From assembly GCA_965287045.1 (NCBI GenBank), contig OZ336870.1:121830001-121894000 (forward strand): a DNA stretch of 64,000 nucleotides, given 5' to 3'. Each line of letters opens with the position of its first letter. Position 1 is the stretch's first letter. Positions 51,700 to 64,000 of this stretch are shown here, piece by piece. The translations under genes were made by a program, and so were the position numbers. The notes beneath the pieces are model-generated. The model was not told the DNA's origin. It worked only from the letters and a program-made list of their open reading frames with translations, and did not search any database. This stretch comes from Carcharhinus amblyrhynchos (lineage: Eukaryota).

Positions 51700-54600
51700 C
51701 TTTCTATACCAAGCATAAAAAGACAATGCATTTTTTTTGCTGATAAAGAATAGAACGTGAAAGGAAATGTTTTTTATCGACTTCACAAGATGTTCTGAAA
51801 AATCAAAAGTTTGGAAAGTGAAAAGCTTCCTTTCGAAGTCTGCACTGAAACAGCAACCTCCCATAGGTAGACGTGTGAACTTTATGACACCACTTAAGAC
51901 TGAGATCAAAGATTATTTTAACGTTTTATGAAAGATTGTATATTGACTCTCCATAGCGCCATGACATTAATGGAGAGCAAAGACAAAGGGGCTAGTTGAA
52001 ATCACCTTCCAGTGTAGTTTTCACCAGCACTGACGCAGACAGTTTTGTGGATTGGGAGATCTTTGCCATTCAAACCCCTGGGGAAGATTATGCAACGCTA
52101 ATTTACTCAAGCGCTTGCAAAAAAAATCAACGTGCGCTTTTATGAGGTGCCTTCAGACACACAGCCAAAGTATTAAGGAGCGAGATCCGAAGCAAAAGCC
52201 GGATTGCAGGCTTATTATCTACCTCAGCTTCGGTCATATATTAAGTACATTATATCTGTATGATCCAAGTCAGTAATCAGACTAAAATGGCAGGCAGGCG
52301 GCAGGAACTTTCTACTCTGTTCAAATCTAAATGTTCAGAGAGTCTGTGAGGAGAGTTCAGAAAGAAAATGACCAAACCTGGCAACAACTCGACTGGAAAA
52401 AAAAAACGGGATTCGGATATTAATCAACGAGATGGATTGAATAAAAGTTTGAAGAGGAATGTGGAAAGTTTAGAATATTGTTTCTATTTTTGGCGCCACG
52501 TTGTCCTGCCAGTTTACGTTCGCACAGCAGAGAAACGCGTGCGTTCAAGTCGAATGGAGCCCGCTGTTGGGATTTTTGACTTTTTAAGGCTGTGGTGTAA
52601 GTAAATTCAATTACGCTTCCCAAATTATATTTATCACGGACAATTTGGACGGTTTCCTGAACGCCCCGTGTAATTCAGACATCTTTCTGCTCCCACTGGC
52701 TGTTCTTCCGCGGGTAAGAAGGAAATTAAATGAATAATAAAAGGCAGTTGGAATATGTCGGGGAGGGAGCGGGGCACCTTTCTCTCCGTGGACACGCTCA
52801 CGATTTGGTGGGCAGTTTTCCGTTTATTCAGAAGTTAAATGACCAGTTTACCGATTACTCCTGTCTGTACAATATCTAAAGGAATTGATTAAAATAATCA
52901 GGCAAAAAACATAAATCGATGTCTGATTAACAAACGCTTTAAAATCGATCCCCTTTTATTTTTTTCTCAAACAGACGCAAGATTAGGCGAAGCTACACAT
53001 GGCTGTGTTTTTAAATCACTGTTCCGCTTATCTCCTTTACCTCTGAGTGGAATTAGTACCCGTTTGGTATGTTTCAAGCTGGAAGAAAGCAGGCATTAAT
53101 GTTTGATTTTGTGTTGATTCATTTTCCTTTCCGCTGCTATTTCCATATGTCTGATCAAATCTGCAGCTCGCCACCCCGCCATTCTCTTGTTGCTTGTATC
53201 TCCACTCTGGAGGTGACTGAAGGGCGAGGTTTGAAAGGCCACTCACTCTCCACTGTCGCTCTCGGTGGGGGGAACGAACAATGGTGTCTGGGTTTGGGGC
53301 AACCCAATACACATCCCAATCCACATCGAGCCTGATCTTGTCTTCCCAGTCCAGTCTGATTTCACACACTGCCGCTAATCTGCTGCAGACAGCACTAAAC
53401 AAACGGCACTCGGTGAGTTTGAGGACAACACGGGGCAGAAGTAAGTATCTTCATTCTGGCTTTGTCGCCTTTTGTTTTCGATCCGACTCTATCCATTGGC
53501 TGTTTTAAAACAACCTCTGATGGCTTGGGGAGGTAAGTTGCTGGTAGGGATTTTGTTCGGCTCACATACTCCGTTTAAAATGGACTCCGATAAGGATTTA
53601 TTTCCACAGGAATGGACGTTACAACTCTTCCACCTGTAGGGAAAGGATTCTGGAATAGTAGCAGCTGGAATTTTTCCCCTCCATATTAGTCTCCGTGGAG
53701 GCTGGCAAGGGTCACTTTTGTCGATCATAGACCATTACAATCGTATATCTCTATAAATGACAGCATGCCGCTCCGCCGATGGAAACCTCCTCCCTCTGCC
53801 AATGTGGCATTTTCCTGGAAAAGTCGAAGGAGAAAGAGGGCACGGCTTTGCATTAGCTGGCGTTTTACTGAACCTTCCAGCAAGGGCCAGATGACTAGTC
53901 ATGGCCACCTCACCCGCTCCAGGGATATAACCCTTCATATTCCCACCCAGAATGAAAGTGATTATTTTAAAATGGACTCTTAATAGGCCTCCGAGGGCAC
54001 ACCACAGAATAACGATTGGTAATTTTACACTGCCACCCATTCATACAAACTGTGCTAATGAAAATCGCGATTTGTATTTCGTTTCGATTGATTTGTAAGA
54101 ATTAAGGATTGGTGATGGGGGGGGGTTGGGGGGTGGATACGTTAAACAAAATGGTCAACTTTGTTCTTGGTCCGAAGCTCAGGCACCCTTTCTCGCCCGA
54201 AATGTGATTCAATTAGGAAAATGTGATTAAGATGATGGATTTTATGCTGTTCTAACTGAAATTGGAAGAGGTTGGAACGTGTTCGGCAGCAGCCGCGGTG
54301 CTAAACCCTTGTCTCCTAAAATGGTCTACACCCGGGTCAGATGGAGAAACGCGTCAGGAAAACATCGCCGATTTGCAAAGTTTTTTTTCTCTGTCTCGCG
54401 TATTCGATTGGATTTCTGGACAGTGTATGAGGTAAGAATGATAATGAGTAAAACGCGCGCACACACACACACATAGAAAATCAGCAGCTCAACCTGAACA
54501 CAGCGGGAGCATAATCAGCAACCCTTAGACAAATTTGAACAGATATTCTTGTTATCTACACCAGAAATATGTCTGTGTTGCTTAGGCGCTGCTTTGCTTG

Positions 54601-57600
54601 GCTACTTCCACGTCTTATTGTATGTGTTTTGAACTGATTGTGAGAACACAAGTCACGGCCTCTTGTGTACATGTACTTTAACTGTTTCTTTCTGTTTGTG
54701 GGAGGCAACCTAAGCCTGTCGATTCGGGCAAAATAAATCTTATATTTTGCCTTGCTGGATTTCCATAGCATGTCAAATGGAGCGCTGAATGTTCAGTGAA
54801 AAGGTCACGGCATCAGCACGTGTCACTATTTGCTCGGAATTTCATTTCAGCGTCTTTCATATTCAATTTCACGGCAGCATTTGTTTGGAAGGGGGGCAGT
54901 ATTTGGTGTGGGAGGTCGCTAGTACGCTGTCTCTCCGCCAGGACCACCTTTACATGTCTCACTTATTGACTCCTTGCCTCATAATTTACAGGCTGTAGGT
55001 TAAAGAGCCCTGTCTGCTAATTAGTACAAGCCGAACTACAGCAAACTCCTGGGGGGTTCCAAAACTGCACAAAACAAGCGACAAAGTTCCCTTGTTGAGT
55101 GCCTGAACGTCACAGCCCCTTATTTGGAAATGCACAAGCATCTGCTTACCCGTTGTTTGCAGAAATAAGCGAGCGATATTCCTTTTGGTGTCTCCCCTTT
55201 GTTAACACATCTGTGTGTTTGTATTGCAGGCCCACATCAGTCATGGAACACACTGAATGTTGCGGCGATACAGTAATACCCCCTTGATGTTGTTAACGCA
55301 CAGATAGTACTTGTGAAGTTTGGATTAATCGCACAGTAACATAAATATTTACAGCCTTTATGCCTGTGGTGGGTGTATGCTTCTAAAATAAATCAACTCA
55401 AAATAACACTGCTGGTGTGGACGCTAAACGCTTTCGCTTTGAAATTCAATATTTGAAACAGTAAAGAAATTTGTGCTTAAAACATTAGACTTCCTCTTTG
55501 ATCCTTGGTATGATTAAATAGGTAGATGGCCTGGCCAAATTTGAATAGAGACAATTGTTTTCTGAAATGATTAAAGCTTTATAGCTTTAGTCCTTTTTTC
55601 AGATCGTAACGATTTGCCCCCAAAAGTCCTTGAATGATAATAAAAAGTGTGCAACAGAGGAAGTTAGAGATCCGCCGACAGAATAACTTTTTTTAAATGA
55701 TTGTTTGGTCGTAGATAGATGAAGACTGGAGGTCTTTTTGAGTCCAATTGATATGAAGTCATACATTCGCTATTCTCGGCTATAACGTGGCGTAGGAGAA
55801 ATCCAGTCCCCACTTGCTTCTCTGCATTTGTGTAACCGACACTGGGATGGGTGATGGTCCTGAAAGTGAGTCGACCTCTTCAGTAAGCGGGTCGGTGGTT
55901 TGCAATACCAGGGAACACTTGACTGTTTATTAGTGTTAGCCGAAAACCCAGCTTTAAAGTGCAAAGTCGACGAGCGCCGCTGTTGCTTGTGGCTACAATT
56001 GTAACCTTAGTGAAAGAAGCAGGGGTCGGGTTACATACTCGAGCGACGGTGGTCGAGGTCACTGAAGCTCTCGAACGTATATCCATCTTGATGGTGAGCT
56101 GTGCCCCGCCGCTCCAGCCGCCTTTCTACACACGTGAGTGTTTTATATTGTATAATGTTTACTCAGAAATACAATACACTGAATCCCCAATCGGAAAATA
56201 AACTGTTTAAAAACAGAAGTTGTGTGCAATTGTTGCTCTTGCATATTACTAATAATTATTGCATTCAGAATATGTTGATGGCCAGCTTGCAAATCAACAT
56301 TACGGCAAATATACAAAACCTGAAGAGAAAAGAGGTGACAGTTTGTAATCGCTGAATTCTGCCAGAATTCATTCGAGCAGGTTAGATCACAAGCTATCAA
56401 ATGACCTTATGACTGTATGGGTGGAGTCAGAAAATAGATGTGGGCGATCCTTCATTGTGGCTGAGTGAACAAAAACTCGTACAGGTATATGATTGAGTAA
56501 ATAATACTTAGGGCTCTCGCCTCAAACAATGAGGCGGGCTGTCTGCACCTCACCCGGTTAACTGCAATCCGGAGGCCACAGCACATCAGCAAGTTAGATT
56601 TTATGAATTTACCTTATTTTTATGGCAGAACCCACCTGAGACAGTGTACATACCATGCATCAATCCTTAACCGCTCCCCTCATCCACCCAATTCTGAATC
56701 ACAGGCGCCACTTGTTAAAACTAGTTGGGTTTTCTATGAAGTATTTCTGTAAAATAACACGCTCAAAACTAAGTTAATTATCGCGGAAAAGAATTTCAAA
56801 ATTACCTCTCTTTCCTACGTAGGAATCACACGGAAAATAATAGCTGTTGTTCATCTGATAAATAAAAAAAACTAATTGTATAGCGTTCTTTTTGTTATTG
56901 TGTCAGTGAGATTGAAACTTTTTTTTAACATAGAGTACAGGATACATGTCCATAAACATTGTCGCTCTTTTATAACTGCGCTTTTTGGTACAGGGTTAAA
57001 TAGTCTTTCCCATAATTTATGGAGCAAATGTTCCGCCTGTTTGGGTGGATTCAGAGGGCAAAATAAAGATGTTTTGTTCTGTATTGTCTGCCCGTTTCTT
57101 TAGAACATAGACACAGGAGCGCAACTCCGTAAGAGCTGACAGGAGCGATAGTCTAAATATTAACACAATACACAGATATTAATAAACACCATTTCCAGGG
57201 TCGACAGTAATAATTTTTAATTATTAAGAACCAATTGAGTTTAGAGGACAAATGGCACCAGAAAATGATGATTATAATCAAGACAATTCTGAAGGAATTT
57301 CACCGTTTTGAGTAAGGTGTAGATTTCTATCTGTAGCAATATATGCATTGTGTGAACATGTTGAATTCGAATATTCTTTTTATAAGTCTTAAATTATTTC
57401 TAATGTTGGGTATATTAAGAGTTTGACGCAATTGGAAAGCTCTCCTTCTAAGGAAACAAAAACATTGAACGTGTCTGGCGATTACATGGGGCAAGTTTTT
57501 TTTGTTTCGGGTGACTTTCGATAAAACTGATATATCATTTGGGAGAAGTCTCAATGGTTCACAATTTGCGAAGTTGAAGATGTTCGCTTTCTTAGCTTTT

Positions 57601-58719
57601 CCATGATTGCTGACAACTTGAGTTAACCGGCGGGGTCACAAATGTCGCCAGCATTGACCACAACTGAAAGTTCATATCATCATTTTTAGGTAACAATTGT
57701 CACCTAATTCCTCAGGTATTCAGATGGCACAAATGATCTAGATATTGCTTCCAATGTTCACAATATTTTGTGCGCAGTAAATCCTTGCAAAATGTGGCGA
57801 CTGCAAGCAAGGTTATTGCACTTTTTTCATGAAATAAGTCACAAGGTATACGTTTTGTTAAGTTGTATATGTAACAAATTTAGCTCAATATGATGCATCT
57901 TTCAAAAATGCACACTTTCTTGAAAACTAGCATTAATAATCTGTAATGTATAATCTGCGTTTTAGCCACTCATGATGAGCACAGAAGATTAGTGGTTAAC
58001 TATTAACACATTTTTCAAGATGGCCTGTACATAAACTTTTCTATATTATAAACATATTGAAAATTAAACCTAATAACCCAGAAGAAAGTTGTTAGATATT
58101 ATAATCCCTTAGTAAAGCAAACAGGAATATTGGGTCAATTTGTATCACTTATAGCCAAATAATGGATTGTACCAACAGCTTGTACTAAAAACAGATTGGC
58201 ACTGAAATTTTCTACAATTATTCTTGCCAAATTTTAAAGATCAATAATCCTCAACAATTTATCCTACAAGTCTTCTGTAGCGAGTCTTACATAGATTCAA
58301 TTCTGCATTTAGCATCTTGTGATTAATCAGGTGCTTGTTTACATTGCTGCAGACTAAAAGATTCCATATAGAGCCAGAGCCGCAATATCCAAAATGTATT
58401 GTTGCTTATAGACACACACAGTTTCTATCAGCTCAGATAACCTTCCTGCAATAATGTGCATTTAATTTCTAACCAATGGTAATTTGAAATGACGGTACAA
58501 TTTACACTGGATTGCTATTCTTTCCAAAGTTTATATTGAATCACGTTGGTACAAAATTGGTGATTCAAATGGATTATTTTGAATTTGAGATGCTATAGTT
58601 TTTGACAGAAACAGAATTCCTCTATTAAGACTTTCATATTGTTATGTGTCCAAAGTCAAGGCATTGTTTACACTTCTGATATATTTTAATAAAATAAACA
58701 GCTCTTAGGAAAAAAAACT

Positions 58720-58820
58720 TGAAACATTAACTCTATTTTTCTTTCCACAGATGCTGCCAGACCTCCTGCATATTTCCATTTTTTATTTCAGATTTGCAGC
58801 ATCTCAAGTATTTTGCTTCC
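58720..58820. repeat. Palindromic chondrichthyan repeat, half copy
   Basis: GAAACATTAACTCT...TCCACAGATGCTGCCAGACC...TTTCAGATTTGCAGCATCT is similar to 14200-14275. Confidence 0.6.
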
Positions 58821-61019
58821 ATTTATTTCAGTTATTTTGTAGATTGAAAGGGAAAATTATGCTGAATTTAACCAAAGTCTAATCCATAGTATAGATCATA
58901 GTTTTTCCAAACCAGAAAAGGAATATGATTATTCCAGCGACTAATATAACATTGTAGATCAAAGTTGTTGAGTGCCACCTTCTTACTTTTATTTTGTAGT
59001 ATTTATCTTCACAGTGCAGGACAGCCAATTCATTACAGTGAATTCTTCCTACGCACCATAATGACCAGATTAAAGATCTGAATTCTGTTGTGTTGTCAAG
59101 GAGCAGGTCTGTCAGCTGGATGCAGAATAGGTTGTACTGAGGTCAATTCAGATCGTCTTATGTTATGCACTGAATCCAGTATATAAATAGCTTAGGTATA
59201 TGCAGGTTGAGTGGAACTATTGATTTATATTACTGGCTTGCAACTACATGGTTTTAATATGTGTATAAATGTGCATGTGCATAGATATGTGATAAGAGCT
59301 TGCTAATGTACAGTGCTGAAATGACAGATGGTGCAAGCACGAAATATCAAATGTTGAATTAATGTACCCAAAGGCACAGATTAAAAGTTTTGTAACATAA
59401 TGGATGGCAGGCAGTTCAAAGTAAATATGAGTATAAATTCAGCAAGAATTTAAACAGGTCTACTTTCAAATATACACCAATCTATTGCTAAACTGGTCTC
59501 AGTCTGAACCTGAAGTCAGATATGGTACATTAACTCAGCCTGGAGATTTACACTGAAAGTTCAGTCTGACTTCTGATTGTTCATATAAATTGAACTCTGG
59601 AGCTTGTGGCATCCCAGTCAATCCACAAGACTCATTTGTCTCTGTAAGTCACCTCATTACAAACAATAATGTCACATTTAATCAGTATTTATCTCTTCAT
59701 TGTTTATCACAACAAATCTAACTTTTGTTCATATTTCTTCTTCACTGTGAAGTTTTAGTAGAGATGACATGTATATCTCAAGCTTTAATAGTTATTTTTG
59801 CATTTAATTATTTTTAGGCCTTGGGCAACATGGAAACCATTTGAAAAATGATGGTGCAGCTTTGAATCAAGAACTCAGCAACCTACATTTGTTCACTTTC
59901 TGCCCTTTTCTGAGAATGTTAGCATAGCATCAGATACGGTTCTATTCTATGAGCCCCAATTAGATCTCCAATGAGCCTGTAGCTTTTGTGTGAGACCAAG
60001 TTGTGAATATTGGTCAGCTATTTGACAATGGAAAGCAACATCATCAAGCCAAATCCTGTCATCAAGTGACATTCGCGCATGCATTGGGATTAATAAATAG
60101 TGATCACAGCTGGGAATCTTGGGTGATTATCTTCTACTTTTAGGCTAGTTCCATTACCCCAATTTCTGCCCCACTATATTTAGTACAAATATAGTTGCAT
60201 GCTTATCCAATAATTACCTTCAGGCATGAAGTCATAGTCGGTGCTTTATTTGCATACTGAGAGTATATTTTAAAGGATATTTCCAAAACAGTGAATGGCC
60301 ATTGCAGTTATGAGCTTGATGGAAATCATTCACTTATTTTGTTGTCAATAGTATGGATATACATTAATGGATATGATAATGAGTCCATGCTCAAACAGGA
60401 TATTGGAATAATGTAGAGTACATTAAATATATTGTTTCTAACATTTTTAAAGTCTGAGCATTGCTCAGATTTAAGAAATCATGATAATTTGCATATTTCT
60501 GGTGTGTATTTATGTTTACACAAAACACAATAGCAAATTGAATCTTCTGCAAAAACGGTGTATGATTTCTAAATGGCTCCCAGTTTGTTAAACTCTGTGT
60601 GAAACTTTAATATCATGCCCATAGAATCCATTTGTGCTTAAAACATTCAGTTGGCAACACTTGCAGGTGAATGATCAATAATCATTGTACAACATTCACA
60701 TGTATTGTAGTAGGGACAACCAGAGAAATACGCCACCAGCAAAGAATTGTCCAATCATTTACATCAGACTTTCATATGGTAGCATGGAAAACAGTAACCC
60801 AAGATTTGGAACAGAAAAGAAAATCAAAAAAAGAACTGTTATTTATCAATTAAGAGTGACTCTGAAACATGATTAGTGAAGCTGCGATCATTTTATAATC
60901 AGGTCATGCATGCACTAAAGTTTGCATTAAATATTTCAATCAGTAAGTTTTAATTCATATTATGAATATATAAATTATGATTTGCCCTTCCATTTTCCAT
61001 CCAGGACCCACTCTAGGAA

Positions 61020-61640
61020 GAAAGAAAAGGAACTTGCATTTACATAGCACCTTCTGTGTCTTCATATTCAACCACATGCTAAGAATCAATCCAGCATCCC
61101 CTCCATCAGACAAACTACCAACTTCCATTTCCATTGTCCAAGTCCCGTCATGCCTCGCCCATTTCTTGATGGAACTGACAGCTTCATCTTTATTATTCAG
61201 TGACTCATCCGTTGCATTGCTGGCTTGGTTGACATCTCATGCATCATCAACCTTTCGCAAACTTCAGCTCATTCAAACACAGCAGTCCTATCATCTCCCA
61301 CATGACCATCCATAGCCTCATAGACTTACATTAATTCTTGATCTCCCATTTCCAGGAACATCATATTAGCACCTTTAAATCTCTTCACAGTCTTGTTGCT
61401 TCTTGTAATCTCCTATATTCTCCCAACGACTTCTTCCAAAACCATAGAGTTCTGCAACCTTAGCTTTTTGTGTATTCCTCCCTTACTTCATCCCGCAGTT
61501 GGTGGCCATGCTTTCAGCTGGCTAGATGTGGCATTGCAAAATTTCTTCACTCCAAAATCCTTCTTTTCTTTAAAAAGGTCCTTAAAATTAACTCCTTTGA
61601 TCAAGCTGTTGCTAATTCCTTCTTCTCTTAGGCAGTTCCT
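61020..61640 (+). mobile_element. Ancient L2-like fragment
   Basis: CGCAAACTTCAGCTCATTCAAAC and GGTGGCCATGCTTTCAGCT resemble L2 3' region motifs also seen near 40650-40940. Confidence 0.5.
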
Positions 61641-61929
61641 TGGAATCGACGGTGTCTTGTTTCCACTCTGGTTTAATCAGATATGAAATGGCTGATCAGT
61701 CCAATGCACAATCTGCAGTCTCTGCCACACGTGGGGCAGGTGGTGCATGAAGATTGGGATAGGTGGGTTGTTAGGAGGTTTGTGCACTCGGGTCTGGAGC
61801 CTTGACATCACTTCTGCACATTCCCAACAAAGTCCCTGGATGTAATGCTGAAAAAAGAGACATTCTGAAGCTTTTTATCTTGCATCATCTGAACACCTCA
61901 CAGGACTATAATATAAAAGGAAAACAAGA

Positions 61930-62615
61930 TATAGGGAATTAAAATAGAATACTGATTTAGTAGATTTTCCTGGTTGCCATAGAAAATGCACCAGGTAACT
62001 ACAGTTAACCTCCAAGCATTGTTTAAAATTTAAACCTGGCTGACACTGATGGGTCAAGGCATTGCCTGAGAAATAAGAATTTAGCTGCAACAGGCACAAT
62101 GTGTGTAAATGTTCCTTTTGTCTGCAAAGAACAGGGTCCTTTGTATTAATATATTTAGATTTCAGTACACTTGAATACACCACACTGCAAAACCCAGTTG
62201 ACAATTTTAAATTGGCTACCAGTGTAATTTTTAGCGCACTGAGGATTATTTACCAAATGTTATCCAACTGTGGAATCACATCTAATGTTGGACACTGTAT
62301 TTTGAGTCTTGAGAGCAAAGGCTGGTTGGGTACAGTCTTATTTTGCCCATTACGATTAGCAACTGGGACATGATGTTCACTATGGTCTGCCAGTCTTTAG
62401 GACGCACCATCTACATATCTAGCATCACACTGGCACTGAACATTATATACCACATTCCTCATTTGTATGGTAGGCGGAATGTCATTTTGGTTTGATGACA
62501 GCATCTTGTTAGTGAAGAATACCAATCATATTGCTACTGTATAGTGGCAGCATGAAACTGCTAGCTTTCCCCGTTGCTCAAATTTTTGAAATACCTTGCC
62601 CTTCCTGGCAGTTTT
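61930..62615 (-). mobile_element. Penelope-like element, GIY-YIG endonuclease region (decayed)
   Basis: Minus frames RNVVYNVQCQCDARYV...RLADH and YINTKDPVLCRQKEHLHTL match Penelope endonuclease C-terminal motifs. Confidence 0.75.
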
Positions 62616-62664
62616 CAGGATCAAAAGGTCGTGTGTCATACAATGCAAAATAACCTGATTAGGA

Positions 62665-62870
62665 TGACTCTCCCTATGTCAGCATGGGCTTCTTCCGGGT
62701 GTTCTGGTTTCCTCTTACAGTCCAAAAGACGTATTGGTTAGGTGCATTGGCCATGCTAAATTTTCCTTCAGTGTACCCGAACAGGGACTGGAGTGTGGTG
62801 ACTGGGGGATTTTCACAGTAACTTCATTGCAGTGTTAATGTAAGCCTACTTGTGACACTAAGTAATAATT
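62665..62870 (+). mobile_element. V-SINE fragment
   Basis: V-domain TGGGCTTCTTCCGGGTGTTCTGGTTTCCTCTTACAGTCCAAAAGACG, with a tail shared with 34314-34388. Confidence 0.8.
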
Positions 62871-63079
62871 TTTTTAAAAACACTATCCTTCTGGGTATCT
62901 TTGATGCACCCTATTTCAGCATCAAACTTACATGGTTAGCGAATGCTTTAGGCCCAATTTACAAGACCACTGTAGACCAACTGTAGACTACAGTTCTACA
63001 GTTAGTGTGGGACTGTAAGAACCCCGAAGCATGTATTGACCAGTGAAGGTAGGCTTCTGGTGGCTCATGGTAGTTAGGC

Positions 63080-63690
63080 CATTCATCCCAAAGACTGGCA
63101 GATCATATCAAACAACATGAACCAGCTACTGCTTACAATGGACAAGATACAGACAGTACCTAACCAACCTGTGTTTGCAAAACTTAAAATATAGTACCCA
63201 CCATTAGGTGTGATTTTGCAACTGGACAGCATTTGTAAAATAATCCTTGGTGTGCTAAGAATAATACTGATAACCAATTTAAGATTCTCAGTTGGACTCA
63301 CAGTGTGGTGCATTTTCATGTACTGGAATCTATACATTAATATACAGCACTCTGTTCTTTGCAGAAAAAATAACATATACACACATTGTACATTTTTCAG
63401 CTAAACAACATAGGTGACAGTCATTCACTGACTCATTCCTCAGGGAGATGCATTGAGTAATCAGTGTAAAATTGTCTGGCTTAAATTTCAAACAATGCTT
63501 AGCAATTAACTGGCAGTCACTTTGGGGCATTCTCCATGGCAATGCCTCTCCAATCTGAGTCCACTTGCCAAACAATCAGCACTTTCATCTCATACAGTAT
63601 AAATTGTTGTTTTCTTCCTTTATTTGTATTCTTGTAAAATGTCCTGATGCATGCCCAAGTCCTGGAATACCAAATGACTCTCCCTCGATA
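63080..63690 (+). mobile_element. Penelope-like element, GIY-YIG region and 3' end (decayed)
   Basis: Frames QRLADHIKQH...CDFATGQHL*NNPWCAKN...VLESI. It is an inverted homolog of 61930-62410. Confidence 0.75.
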
Positions 63691-64000
63691 TGTCTGGTGC
63701 CTGCCTGAATGAGCCTTCTCCATTTTGGCCACAAGCCAGGGGCTCCCATGAGTCAGTGGATATGTTTTACTCCTTCAGGGATGCTTTGAGGAGAAAGTTC
63801 TGAATAGAATGGTTGCTTCGGGAGTCTGGTGGTCAAATGTGCGAATGATACGTCTCATTGAACTTCAGGTCATTGTCAGCTGTTCCTCTGAAACATATCA
63901 GGAAATGAACCATTCACTAAACATCTGGTCACTAAGGTCCTCTTCCAACCAACTTCCACAGAAAATCATCACACCCATTGATTAAGATCAAAGATTGTAG

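Noticed and set aside
52046-59627. Isolated FoxH1 8-mers (52046, 57167, 59620)
   Set aside because: Single sites occur at about chance frequency across the window. Only closely paired sites were kept.

Overview
This is eukaryotic DNA, almost certainly from a cartilaginous fish (shark or ray), judged from HE1/V-SINE-like, CR1, Deu-type SINE and Penelope repeats. It contains the complete PITX2 locus on the + strand. The distal (P1) transcript uses a non-coding exon 1 (~33.0-33.7 kb), exon 2 (ATG 35974) and a Pitx2b-type cassette exon 3 (37176-37310). The proximal (P2) transcript starts in the Pitx2c exon (ATG 46482). Both share the homeobox exon (47424-47629) and the last exon (49554-50117). 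Predicted proteins are Pitx2b (313 aa) and Pitx2c (317 aa). Bases 1-25.5 kb and >58 kb are CpG-poor and full of decayed transposons (CR1, L2, SINEs, hAT, Harbinger, Penelope), while ~26-58 kb is CpG-retaining and TE-poor. Four observations stand out. (1) Exon 2 ends in T, so the canonical Pitx2a splice (exon 2 to homeobox exon) creates an immediate TAA stop and the b exon appears obligatory. (2) An ASE-like FoxH1/Nkx2 enhancer lies in the last intron, with a second tandem FoxH1 pair ~3.2 kb 3' of the gene. (3) A housekeeping-type CpG promoter at ~26.5 kb appears to drive a spliced divergent minus-strand transcript. (4) A perfect 17-bp hairpin carrying AATAAA on both strands lies just upstream of the Pitx2c promoter. 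No prokaryotic system or CRISPR array is present. Comparisons with human/mouse are from memory and need alignment.
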